DNA of 64,000 nucleotides from Squalus acanthias (taxonomy: Eukaryota): NCBI GenBank assembly GCA_030390025.1, contig CM059432.1, forward strand, positions 110,548,001 through 110,612,000, in the 5' to 3' direction. Positions 24,838 through 35,974 of the stretch are shown here, piece after piece. The translations under genes were made by a program, and so were the position numbers. Each line of letters begins with the position of its first letter. The first letter of the stretch is position 1. The notes under the pieces were generated by a model. The model was not told where the DNA came from and made no database searches. It saw nothing but the letters and a program-made list of their open reading frames with translations.

Positions 24838-25977
24838 CTAACTAAATCGTGCCATTATGAGTCCATCCCAGGCCTCCCGCACAGCAAAGTGTGCAGCTGC
24901 TGGTGCCATCTGCACCTCAGATTCCTCCTCCTCATCCTCCTCCGAGGAGGCTCCGTGCTCTGCGCCTTGCTCCTGCTGCCGCACCAATCCTCGCTGCCAC
25001 GCTATGTTGTGCAGTGTGCAGCTACGACGATCATTCTGGAGATCCTGGCTGGTGTGTACTGAAGGGTTCCTCCAGACCTCTCCAGATATCTGAAGCGCAT
25101 CTTCAGCATCCCGATGGCTTGCTCTGTCACACATCTGGTCGTCATGTGGCTTTGATTATAGCACTCCTCGGCCTCATTACTTGGCCTCCTCAAGGGTGTC
25201 ATCAGCCACGTCTTCAGTGGATAGCCCTCGTCTCCAAGCAGCGAGCCGGTAAGTCTGTTCGGAGGAGCAAAGAGTTGAGGGAGGGTGGACTGGCGCAGGA
25301 CGAAAGAGTCATGACAGCTCCCTGGGAATTTGGCACACACATGCATGATGATCTTTTTGTTGTTGCAGACAAGCTGCACATTGAGGGAGTGGAAGCCCTT
25401 GCGGTTCACAAACACTCCTGGGTGATGAGGGGGTGCCTTGATGGCCACATGTGCAGTTGATGACGCCCTGCACCTGTGGGAAGACAGCCAGAGCCACAAA
25501 GCCGAGCACCCACTCAGTAACACTGGCTTCATCAGTGGCAAAGCGCCTGACTTGTGAACCATGGCATCAATCACCTGGGTGATGCATCTGTGGGTGGCTG
25601 ACTGCAAGATCCTGCAAATGTCTGCTGCAGATCCCTGGAAGGAGCCTGAGGCGGAGATGTTGACAGCCACTGGTAAGGAGTGTCCACCAAGTCCTCTGGG
25701 CAGCAGGTCTTGTTCCAGCAGGCTACAAATGTCTGTGACGACCTGATGCGATAGTAGCCTGAGCCTCCTGAAGCACTGTCATGTCCAGGAAGCTAATCCT
25801 CTGCCTGTATACCTTGTGTTGGGGGTATCGCCTCCTGTGAGATGCACCCCTGTGCTCATCCCCACTCTCCCATGGAGCAGCAGGTCGGTGAGGAGAAGGC
25901 TGCTGGTGTTGTTGCTGCTGTGGCTCAGCTTGGTCCGAATCTGAGGCCTAAGGTGAAACAGCATAAGCAGCACCCAT
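24838..25977 (-). pseudogene. Harbinger (HARBI1-like, DDE_Tnp_4) transposase pseudogene
   Basis: [22 protein letters not shown](H)VAI (catalytic D appears as N, with a frameshift), [62 protein letters not shown]. Confidence 0.93.
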
Positions 25978-27342
25978 GCTGATCTGATAGATGCCAGCTA
26001 AAGTGGAGCTCAGAGGCACAATCCTCCAATGTAGTGAGAGTGGCTTCCAAGGTTGCAGAAATCACCTGCAAACTCCTGAAAGCAAATTCTCTGCACCAAC
26101 GATGTCAGCAAGAGTCTTTCCCTTAGGCAAGGAAGCAGGTGTGAGGTGTGAGTATTTATGTGATTATTTCAACTGTCAATTGTTCAACTCAAAAATTGGC
26201 CGGTCACTTCCCAGCTTGCTTTGACAGGCGAGTTTCAGGAAGCTCGTGAATCCCGTGCACAAGCAGTAAAAGCTGAAACCTCAGATTAAAAAGCATCTTA
26301 TGGTCTGTTAACAACCTCTTAAATACTTCAATGAGGTTGTTCGCTTCTCCCAAGCGGGTCCCTGGCGTGCTGAGAAACGCGCCGGAGTAAAAGGCGGATA
26401 TTGGCGGGATGAAAGCAGATTCTCGATGCGCTGTCAATTTCAGTGCTTTTAACAGCCCACCCGCTCGCAAACCCGCAGTCATTTCAAAGGGAAAATTCCA
26501 GCCTATTAGTTTCTTATATAATACAGACTCCGATACGGAATTAGACTTGTTTGAATTGTTGAAACCCACTTTGGATCAAATGTTTGACAGCTGATTGCCA
26601 TCTCGCTGCAAAATCTTAGTAGTGATCACAGCATCAAAAAAAGAGTGTTGTTACAGGGCTCTTTAATGGTGTATTTACTGAGGATGGTTACAGACTGACA
26701 TCATAACCTGTATAATTAAAGCTGCTGGGGCCGTGCTCAATAAATCGCTGGAAAATTAGATTCATTCTGAAAAATGCTTCCTGCCTCCCTCTTTAGCAGT
26801 GAATTACTATTCTAGCACACGTCTGGGGAAAAGAAACAATTTGAAAGTAACTATATGCTGTCAGTGATCACCACAAATAAATTGCTGTATTGAGACAGAT
26901 TGAGCTTAAAGGACTTTCAAAAAGAAATACAAAGGCAGCTGCAGAAATGACAAATGGCACATGAACTGGCGCACTGGCTTTTTAACTATAGCTCAATCCT
27001 AATGTGGAGCTATTGTCATCTGTTTCATAAAAATTGTTTATGTTCAAGGGTTGACATGTATTTAAGCTACAAATATAGCACCAGCTTGGATTTCCAATTG
27101 CCGCTACCGCTGGCGAGAGCTCCAAATACTTGATGTTATATTAAGTCTGGAGACACGAGGGAATAATTCACAACTTTTTTTAAGAGTTGTTTATGTTACC
27201 ATTTTCCTTTTTATTTAGACTCAAATTCATATACTGGTACAGAAGTTGGTCTTAATTAAGTTCTTGAGTCGATATTCTTAGTGCAGATCTGTAGCGAGAC
27301 ACAGTGTAGCTACATTGTCAAATCCAACAGGAATTGCACATT

Positions 27343-27772
27343 TGAAATAACAACAGAAAGTGCTGGAAACACTCAGCAGGTCAGGCAGCATCGAGGAGAG
27401 AGAAACAGAATTAACGTTTCGGGTCGCACCCTTCGTCAGAACTGGAAAAGGTTAGGGAGGAGATATTTTTAAGCAGGGGCAGGGAGGAGGGGAGGAAAGA
27501 ACAAAGGGAAGGTCTGTGATAGGATGGAAGGAGAGATTGACTGACAAAAGGGATGATAGTGCAAGGCATAAAGAGAGGTTTTGGGACAAGTTAAGAAACA
27601 AAAGAAGACTCTAGATGAGGTGTGAATAATGATGGCAGCAACATGTGAGGAAACAAGAGAGCTTACGTTGAGCTTCGTTGGAACAGTGTAAGAGGCCAAG
27701 GACCGAGAGGTCAGAGTGGGAGTGGAGCGGAGAATTAAAGTGACAGGCGACCGGAAGCTCGGGGTCACGCAC
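27343..27772 (-). mobile_element. Penelope-like element 3' fragment (GIY-YIG endonuclease C-terminal region plus terminal repeat)
   Basis: DPELPVACHFNSPLHSHSDLSVLGLLHCSNEAQRKL (ORF 27611..27838), pyrimidine-rich linker, and a terminal repeat shared with 8063 and 34102. Confidence 0.8.
27405..27445 (-). ncRNA. Candidate minimal type I hammerhead ribozyme in the Penelope terminal repeat
   Basis: Minus strand AGTT-CTGACGA-A-GGGT-GCG-ACCC-GAAA-CG-TT-AATT: both core boxes, 4-bp stem II, stem I with a G-U wobble. Confidence 0.6.
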
Positions 27773-28454
27773 ATTTCTTATTTGATATTTTTCTGCCTTC
27801 TTCCTTCCCTTTGTACAAATATATGCAAGTACACACACACACTGATGATAGCACAGTCTCCAACCTTACCATGAATATGACAGTTTCTTACTGCCATCGT
27901 TTACAGTCACTATTACGTGTCGCTGACACGTTTCTGTGAACTGCATGTTCAGGAAAGTCTGAAGGCTTTGGCAATGTATTCTGTTGCTGTGAAAATAAAG
28001 TTTATGCTAAAATCATTGCACAACTACTGGAATTGAATCTGCAGCAGGTTTCTGGGGAATTGCATGGCTCCGCATACTGTAAGGAAATTAGTTGCCGTTC
28101 CAATACAGAGTTGTGAAGAAATTAACAGTATATAGTACATAGAGAATTATTGACAGACATGAATACAAATAATTCAGTTGAAGTGTTCAGGTAAAGCCAT
28201 AAATCGCAAGAGCCATAATCCACAAGAGCAAAAGTTAATTGGGACCAAAATTCCTTGGCCCTTCCAGTGTATTTGTCCACGACTTGGATACGCAGCTCCT
28301 GGCCGGCAATCGGAGTTCCCGTGGGTTCTGTAAAGGGCACAGCCTCTGCCTGCCTCTTCCAGAGCCAGCAACAGTGGTGGGGGTGGGGAGAGGGGGTGCG
28401 CAGGGAGGGAGCAGGGCATTCTCCCTACATTGGGATTGTCTGCAACCTCAGCCT

Positions 28455-28712
28455 CATAAGAACATAGGAAATAAGAGCAGGAGTAGGCCATTCGGTCCTT
28501 CGAGCCTGCTCGCCATTCAGCAAGATCATGGCTGAACTTCTACCTCAACTCCACCTTCCTGCACTATCCCCATATTCCTTGGTTCCTTTAGTATCCAAAA
28601 TCTGTCGATCTCTGTCTTGAATATACTCAACGACTGAGCCTCCACAGCCCTCTGGGTTAGAGAATTCTAAAGATTCACCACCCTCTGAGTGAAGAAATTT
28701 CTCCTCATCTCA
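28455..28712 (-). mobile_element. CR1 3' end (outer element; continues at 33060-33150)
   Basis: cataagaacatagg...gagcaggagtaggcc...ccctctgagtgaagaaatttctcctcatctca. Confidence 0.88.
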
Positions 28713-31700
28713 AAGGATTACACAGGATATACAGCACAGAAACAGGTCATTCAGCCCAACCAGTCCATGCCAGCATTTATGCTCCACTTGTAGCAAGTTC
28801 CACATTCTCACCACTCTCTGGGTAAAGAAGTTTCTTCTGAATTCCCTATTTGATTTCGTGGTGACTATCTTATATTGATGGGCTCTAGTTTTGCTCTTCC
28901 CCACAAGTGTAAACATTCTCTCTGTAACTACTCGATCAAAACCTTTCATGATTTTAAAGGCCTCTATTAGGTCACCCCTCAGCCTTCTATGTTCAAGAGA
29001 AAAGAGACCCAGCCTGTTCATCCTTTCCTGATAGGTGTACCCTCACATTTCTGGTATCATCCTTGTAAATCTTCTCTGCACCCTCTCCAGTGGCTCTATA
29101 CCCTTTTTATAATATGGCGACCAGAATTGCACACAGTACTCCAAGTGTGGCCTTGTTAACCTGTGTCGATACTTTTAGTGATTTGTGTATTTGTACTCCT
29201 AGATCCCTTTGTTCCTCTACCCCATTTAGATTCTTATTTTCCAAGTAATATGTGAGCTCCCTATTTTTCTTACCAAAATGTAATACCTCACATTTATCTG
29301 TGTTGAATTTCATTTGCCAATTATATGTCAATTCTGCAAGTTTATTAATGTCTTCTGTAATTTGCTGCAGTCCCCCTCAGTATTGGGTTTCCCCCCAATT
29401 TGGTGTCGTCCGCACATTTAGAAATTGTGTTTTTGATTCCAAGGTCTAAAACGTTGATATAATTTGGGAACAACAGTGGTCCAAGCACTGATCCTTGTGG
29501 AACACCACTTCCCACCTTCTGCTTCTCTGAATAGCTACCCTTTACCCCTACTCTCTGCTTTCTGTCTTGAAGCCAGCTAGCTATTCATTCTGTTACTTGT
29601 CCCCTGACTCCGCATTCCCTGACCTTATCCATTAGTCTATTATGTGGTACTTTATCGAAGGCCTTTTGAAAATCTAGATAAATTACATCTACTGCATTAC
29701 CCTTGTCAACTCTCCCTGTTACCTCTTCAAAAAATTCAATTAGGTTGGTCAAGCAAGACTTTCCCTTTTGAAATCCATGCTATTTATTATTATATTTTTC
29801 ATTTCTAGATGTTCTTCTATTTTCTCCTTTAGTAGGGATTCCATTATTTTTCCTACCACCGATGTTAAGCTGACTGGTCTATAATTCCCTGGACATGTTC
29901 TAGCTCCCTTCTTAAATATTGGTATTACGTTAGCTAACCGCCAGTCCTCTGGCACTACACCTTTTTCTAACGAATTCCTAAATATGTGTAGTAATGCCTC
30001 TGCTATTTCTTCCCTAGATTCTTTTAAAATGTGCAGATGTAATCCGTCCGAACCAGGGGTTTTTATTCTCTTTGAGTTTCATTAGTTTATTTAGTATATT
30101 TCCTCGTTTTATTTTAAATGCAGTTAACTCATTACTAATCTCATCATCCGATGTCATCTCCACCTGTTCTATCTCCCTAGTAAATACTGAAGCAAAGTAA
30201 TTATTTAATATCTCTGCCATCTTTTTATTGCTGCCTGTGATATTATCCTGTCCATCCCTTAGTGGCCCTATTCCCATCCCGACCTTCCTTTTTATAATTT
30301 ATGTGCCTGTAAAATATTTTATTATTTTGTTTTATGTTCCTTGATAATTTAATTTTATAGTTCCTCTTTGCCTTCCTAATAGTTTTTTTGACTTCTCTCC
30401 TAATCCCTTCATATTCTCCCTTATCATGCTCTCCCCTGCTGTCCATGTACTTAATGTATGCCTTTTTCCTTAGCCTCAATTTTCCCCTCATGGCTTTATT
30501 CATCCATGGTGTCTCATTCGTGTTTAGCTTGTTCTTGTTTATTAGCGGAATATATTTTTCCTGGACTCTGTTGAACATCGTTTTAAATGTTTCCCATTGG
30601 TGTTCTACATCACTGTTTGCTAATAATGTTGTCCATTTTATTTTCCCAAGTTCTATTCTCAGCCCCTCAAAATCAGCTTTTCTCCAATCTATTATCCTGG
30701 TCTTTGTCATACCTATGTCCTTCTCAATTATTATCTTAAAGCATATTATATTATGGTCACTATTGCCTAGATGTTCCTCTACTTTTACTTCTCTTATCTG
30801 CTCTGGTTCTAGATCCAATAGCGAATCCTCCCTTGTTGGGCTTTTTACATATTAGGTTAAAAAGGAGTCCTGTACACATTGTAGGAACTCCATTCCCTTA
30901 TCCCCTTTACCTACTTCTTCTGTCCAATTAATATCGGGGTAGTTGAAATCCCCCATGATTATTATTCTGTGTGTTTTACTCATTTCCTTAATTTGTCTGC
31001 ATATTTCTTCCTCTACCTTCCTTCCACTATTAGGTGGTCTGTAGACTACACCTATTAGTGTGATTGATCCTTTATTATCTTTTATCTCTATTCACATGGA
31101 TTCTACTTCTGTCTTGTTGATAGCTGCATCACTTTTTTCTACTGCCATTATGTTATCCATAATAAGTACAGCTACTCCACCTCCCCTTTTCCCCTGTCTA
31201 TCTTTTCTAAATATTTTTACCCTGCAATGTTTAATTCCCAGTCCTGATTTTTATGTAGCCATGTCTCAGTAATCCCTACTGTGTCTGGTTCCTTGCAACA
31301 CATGATTGCCTCCAGCTCCCCTGTTTTATTATGGACACTGTGTATATTGCTGTACAGACAGTTTAACTCATTTTTAATAGCAGTTCCTCTCACTTTATTT
31401 TTAATCATCTTTTTAAACTCCTGTTCTATGACTCTATTTATTCCCTGGCCATCAATGTCCTCCCTTACTTTACTCTTTCCTATGCTCTCCTTTCCTGTTT
31501 TGTTTATATTTAGTCTGGTTTCATTTCTTGTAGATCCCTCCCCTGTAAGCTTCGCAAAATCCCCCAGAAACTCGTATAGAAGCCTAAAAGGGGTGATTTT
31601 TGGATTTTTCATACGAATTTGGGATGATGGGACCTAAATGAAGTGAGTTGAGGCAAAAACCTCAGTTTTGGACATTTTTAAGGATCAGGGAAGAAAACCC

Positions 31701-33054
31701 CTGAGGAAAATTACTTTTGAATATTACTATTGGGAAAAACACCTTTCACAGACACAAGACAGGCTGCGGAGGGGTGTGGCAAGGCAGTGGACAGCTTTTG
31801 GTTATTGGGGCCCAGTCAAGCTGTCTGGAAAATGTTTGGACTGCAATCCAAGCAGGAGGAAGAGCCTCACCCAAAACCTCACAAACACATCCAAAATTGA
31901 ATAATTCAAGGCCCCTTTTGAATATCCCCAGGCCCAAACAGGATGCTAGAAGCCTGAAAACAATCGGAAGCCATCAGGACAAGTTAACACCAAGTTAAAA
32001 TCATCAAACTTAACGAGCCCGCCAAAACCTAAGACAATAGAATGAACAGGCCTTAACTGAAACCTAAATCACTTCAACACGAAACCAATCACCTGTAATC
32101 AACCGAAGATATCGACAGGACGCAAGCCATTTGACACTTAGTAAAGTCGTTACTGTTAACGAGGTCTTACAATGACCAGGATTTGATTTGGTTTTGACAA
32201 GGCCACTTCAATTTAGTATAATTGAAGGCCCATCAAGCAGTTACAAGAGTTATAAGTTCGAGTTCTCCAGTAAAACAGTTAAAGTTCAACAGAATTGAAA
32301 GCCTGTGTTGAACGGAAGTCAGAGCTGCAGTTACAGAAGCAGGCAGGAGGCAGTTTCCACAGTTCTGCAAGAAGGCAGTTCCACAGCTCGGAAGAAGCCA
32401 GTTTAAACAGAGGCAGAGTTACAGCAAGAAGCTAAACAAAGAAGGCCAACAGCTTCACAAGCAGACCGACACGCAAGAAGAAACCAGAGCGACTGCCTCA
32501 GTGACCATTGGACACCTCGCAGCAACAAGGGACTTACGAAACCTTTTACTCAAAAGACTCTAAACCCTAACTCTCAACTGTCAAGGATTTGTTTGGTGAG
32601 CATTATCCCTGGTTCTCCAGAGTCCAACCTAGCTAGTGAAGTGGGATTGGGAGGGGTGAAGTATTCTTCTAAGGTTATTTCCCTCGCTTGTACCAATGTG
32701 TTCCCCAACCTGTGTTTAAGTGTGAAGTGTGTTTTAAGTTTGTTACCTTTTTCTTTTAATAAAGTCAAAATTCTTTCATCAGAACCTGTTGTCTACTGCA
32801 TCTTTATTCACAACCCCTAAATAAGTCCAAGGTCTAGAACCAGGGGCGTGGGAGCAATTCGAACCGCTCACTGAGTCAGAGGTGAGGCTGACCCCTACCA
32901 CACCACCCCCTATACCCCCCCGTCTAACTAGTTTAAAGCCTTTGCCACCTCCCTATTTTTATTTGCTCTCTCTCCTCTGCTCCCGCTCCTTTTATCCCTG
33001 CCACTCTCGCTGTGCTCTCGGGCCTCGGGTCGCTGCTCCTTTTATCCCCGCCGC
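28713..33054 (-). mobile_element. Decayed CR1 with complete ORF2 region and a 5' end but almost no ORF1; interrupted by a solo LTR
   Basis: Minus-strand pieces VGITETWL, LGNSDHN, NYRPVSLTSVVGK, WQMKFNTDKC and RRLRGDLIE; flanked by TCTCA at 28708-28712 and 33055-33059. Confidence 0.85.
31544..32902 (+). mobile_element. Probable solo LTR (about 1.36 kb)
   Basis: Begins TGTAAG and ends TACCACA; AATAAA about 140 bp before the 3' end; no coding capacity; CR1 sequence resumes on both sides; TSD imperfect (CCCC/CCAC). Confidence 0.65.
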
Positions 33055-33059
33055 TCTCA

Positions 33060-33150
33060 GTCCTAAAAGACCGACCCCTTATTCTGAGACTGTAATCCCT
33101 AGTTCTAGACTCTCCAGGAAACATCCTCCCAGCATCTACCCTGTCAAGCC
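33060..33150 (-). mobile_element. Continuation of the outer CR1 split at 28712
   Basis: MFPGESRTRDYSLRIRGRSFRTE continues directly into MRRNFFTQR encoded at 28712-28685. Confidence 0.85.
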
Positions 33151-33419
33151 CAAAGGTTGATCTGCCCAGTGAGACAGAACCTCCTGCTGACCCTACATAC
33201 TCTGGCGGGATCAGTGCTGCAGGACATCAGTGTGCACAATCTTGAGGAAGTGCCCCAGGATCATGGCCAACAGATTTTCAGGGCCCATTGCACCGATTTA
33301 ACAAAGAAAGTCTGATCTGTTGTTGCCATGTGCAAGGTGTTTATTTTTGAGCTGATGGGTGTCATGGTGACACTAATGACCAGGATGTTGTTGTTCAGTT
33401 AATGACATGCTTGCTGAAA

Positions 33420-33822
33420 GAAAGAACTTGCAATTATATAGGTGCTTTCACATCTTCAGGACTTCCCAAAGCTCTTACTAGACAATGAATTGCTTTTGAA
33501 GTGCAGTCACTGCTGTTATGTGGCAAATGCAGCGGACAATTTGCACACAGCAAGGTCCCATAAGCAGCAATGAAATGACCAGATAATCTGTTTTTGGGGG
33601 TGTTGGTTGAGAGATAGTAATGCCATGGGATCCTTTAATTCCACCTGAACAGGCAGATTGGACCTTAGTTTAATTTCTCATCCAAATGACCTCCGATAAT
33701 GCAGCAACACTCTCTCTACTGGTCTAGATTATCTGCTGAAATTAGCCTTGATTAAATGTTCAAATCGTGTGTTGGAGCTTGAATCCACAACCTTTTGAAA
33801 GTGCTACCACTCAAGCTAAGCT
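33420..33822 (-). mobile_element. tRNA-derived DeuSINE (SacSINE1/AmnSINE-like), old
   Basis: aatgccatgggatc...ccacctgaacaggcaga Deu-domain-like core, tRNA-like head remnant at 33770-33820, L2-like tail shared with 34770. Confidence 0.7.
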
Positions 33823-33967
33823 GGCACTTTAAAAGATTAAATTTGTGGTGAAATCTTGGTTTGCTGCTTACCCAAGAATTTAAAATGCATCAACGTGTTT
33901 CTACCTTTTCCACTGACTATACCGTATATCACTTATTTTTTACCTCTTTGCCCTCTCCCCTTCACAG

Positions 33968-34062
33968 AGCTCATCATTCTCGCTATCGTTCTAGCTGCAC
34001 AAGGAGGGAAACAATTTATAAACATAATTGTACGGTACTGGAACAATGTACTGCTGGAAATG
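33968..34062 (+). other. Candidate isolated internal exon (95 bp) of an unidentified transcript
   Basis: Long polypyrimidine tract ending ccccttcacAG; donor ATG|GTGCGT; two of three frames open; no homology recognised. Confidence 0.35.
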
Positions 34063-34101
34063 GTGCGTATACATCATGCGATGAGACTAAAGGATATATT
34101 T

Positions 34102-34216
34102 CGGTCTGAAACGTTAACTCTGTTTCTTTCTCCACAGACGCTGCCTGACCTGCTGAGTGTTTCCAGCATTTTCTCTCTTTATTTCAGATTTCCAGCATCC
34201 GCAGTGTTTTGTTTTT
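34102..34216 (+). mobile_element. Penelope terminal-repeat stub
   Basis: ctgaaacgttaactctg...ccagcatccgcagtgttttg, same family as 8063; GATATATTT at 34093-34101 and 34217-34225. Confidence 0.8.
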
Positions 34217-34514
34217 GATATATTTTTGATGATGGATTTCAGTAAACTGGTTTATTGCTGTAGGTGAAGTGGAGTCATTGTATTGTGTTCCCTGTTGCAT
34301 TGTTTTAATAAATTCTTTTGAAATATAAGGATCTTGTTGTCTCTAATATTTCAGCTGTTGAAGTTTGATTGATATAACACAATCAGTTGACACAAACAGA
34401 TTTCTAATTTGCAGCGGAGTCACTATTGTCCTGAATCTACTTGGGTAGAAAAGATTAATTCAAACTGGAACAATTTGAAACAGCAGATGAGGATGCAATT
34501 TTTTCAATGATCTG

Positions 34515-34710
34515 TTCTTGGGATGTGGATGCCAGGGGAGGAAGGTGCTGTTAAATTAACCATGGTGACTTGCTGTGGTACATCCTGCAGATGGTACATC
34601 CTGCAGATGGTACATCCTGCAGCTACAGTGATGGATGGCGGGGATACTGAGTCCAGCAGCACGGGCGCCGATCAAGCAAACTGCTCTGTCCTGGATGGTG
34701 TTGAGCTTTT
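34515..34710 (-). mobile_element. Old LINE fragment (probably the family at 38412-38740) with a 16-bp triplication
   Basis: gggatgtggatg end motif; (tggtacatcctgcaga)x3; ctgtcctggatggtgttgagct. Confidence 0.45.
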
Positions 34711-34764
34711 ACCATCGGGTAGCTCTTTTTGCTTTCCATAATCAATTTTCTTAAAGTAGATGAC

Positions 34765-35330
34765 AACACAATAACAACTTGCATTTATATAGCAGCTTTA
34801 ACATGGTAAACATCCCAAAGCACTTCAAAATGGAGAAACGCACGCCAAGAGAAATGAGTGAAAACATGGCCAAAATATAGGTTTATGAGGAGTCCGTTAA
34901 AAGGATGGGGAGAAGCGCAGGGCTCATGAAGGGAGTTCCAGATAGCTAAAGGGTCTGGCAGCAACGGTGGATCACAGGGAAGAAGAGATGCACAGGACGT
35001 TATATTCGAAGAACCAAAGGGTTGCAAATGAGGATAAGGATTTTGAATTTGATGTATTGATAGAAAGAGAGCCAGTGGAGATGAGCAGGACTCCGTGTGG
35101 GATGGGATGGGGATGGTGAGCTTTGGATGTTGGTGTAGGGTGGAAACTGGTAAGGAGGCTGAGGAGCTGGGTCTGGAGGTAAGAAAAGTGTAGATAAGGA
35201 TTTCAGCAGCAGTGTGGGCGATGTGGTTGAGGTGGGTGTGAGCAGTCTGGTAGTGAACATGGGGTTTGAACTTCAACTCAAGTTGAACAGGCCACTAAGG
35301 TTGTGCACCATTTGTTTCAATCTGAACAGG
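34765..35330 (-). mobile_element. L2-type LINE 3' fragment
   Basis: AAEILIYTFLTSRP (compare the L2 motif AETLIHAFVTSRLDY); tail acaacttgcatttatatagc shared with the SINE at 33420. Confidence 0.65.
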
Positions 35331-35339
35331 AGGAGCCCA

Positions 35340-35960
35340 AGAGGCAAAAAAAGGAATCCAAGAGCAGCCAGGCCATTCCCTGCAGATTAATGCAAGTTTG
35401 AACTATTCTAGAAACCCTCCAAAAACGCCTGCAAGTCACCCAACAGCAAGTAGAAATAATCCAGCAACTAACCTGTAATTGTTATATGTTCCCTTTAAAT
35501 AGTGCTGGCGAGGGCTCCTTCATGCTGCTGAGCGTCATATTCTGCTAAGCGAGGTAAGGACTGTACGCACCTGAAATACATCTGACGCCATATTGGCTTG
35601 GGCTATATTAAGACAAGGTGAGTAACCTTGTTTTCTCTTTCCTGAATGTGGAGCTAGGAGGAGCAGGAATGCTCCACAGCAATACTGTGGGCCACTGCCA
35701 GCCCACTCTCACTTCCCTCCTGTTCCCATCCTACTTCAGGGCCGTTGCCTTTGTCTGAGCCAGGCGTCTGAGCGATCTTGCTCTGGGCCCAAACGGCAAG
35801 CTGCTTTGGGCCACCCAATTAGTGCCCACAGCTCGCTGGTTTCATGGTAATAAGGTCTGAGGACAAATTTCGGGAGATCCTGAGGCTGACCTCTTCAGGC
35901 GCACATTGCTTTTAGCAGCCACTTCTCTCTCTGCTCTCCCTTCACACTAAAAGTTAACAT
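35340..35960. mobile_element. Harbinger-related non-coding fragment(s)
   Basis: 35460-35530 resembles 37670-37735; 35645-35680 resembles the MITE core at 8280. Confidence 0.4.
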
Positions 35961-35974
35961 TTTTCCCTGTCTTT

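Larger units (their letters stand above)
22862..26503. mobile_element. Decayed autonomous-type PIF/Harbinger transposon (left end missing)
   Basis: Convergent Myb/SANT gene (+) and DDE transposase (-); right TIR AAAATTCCAGCC at 26492-26503, similar to the TIR of 5294-7025. Confidence 0.9.

Noticed and set aside
24838..25977. Domesticated host HARBI1 gene
   Set aside because: Frameshifts, a catalytic D>N change, an adjacent TIR and a Myb partner indicate a decayed transposon copy
33968..34062. Anoctamin-like motif (GGKQFIN...WNN)
   Set aside because: Only superficial; spacing does not match the anoctamin EL..QL.IIM.GKQ..NN pattern
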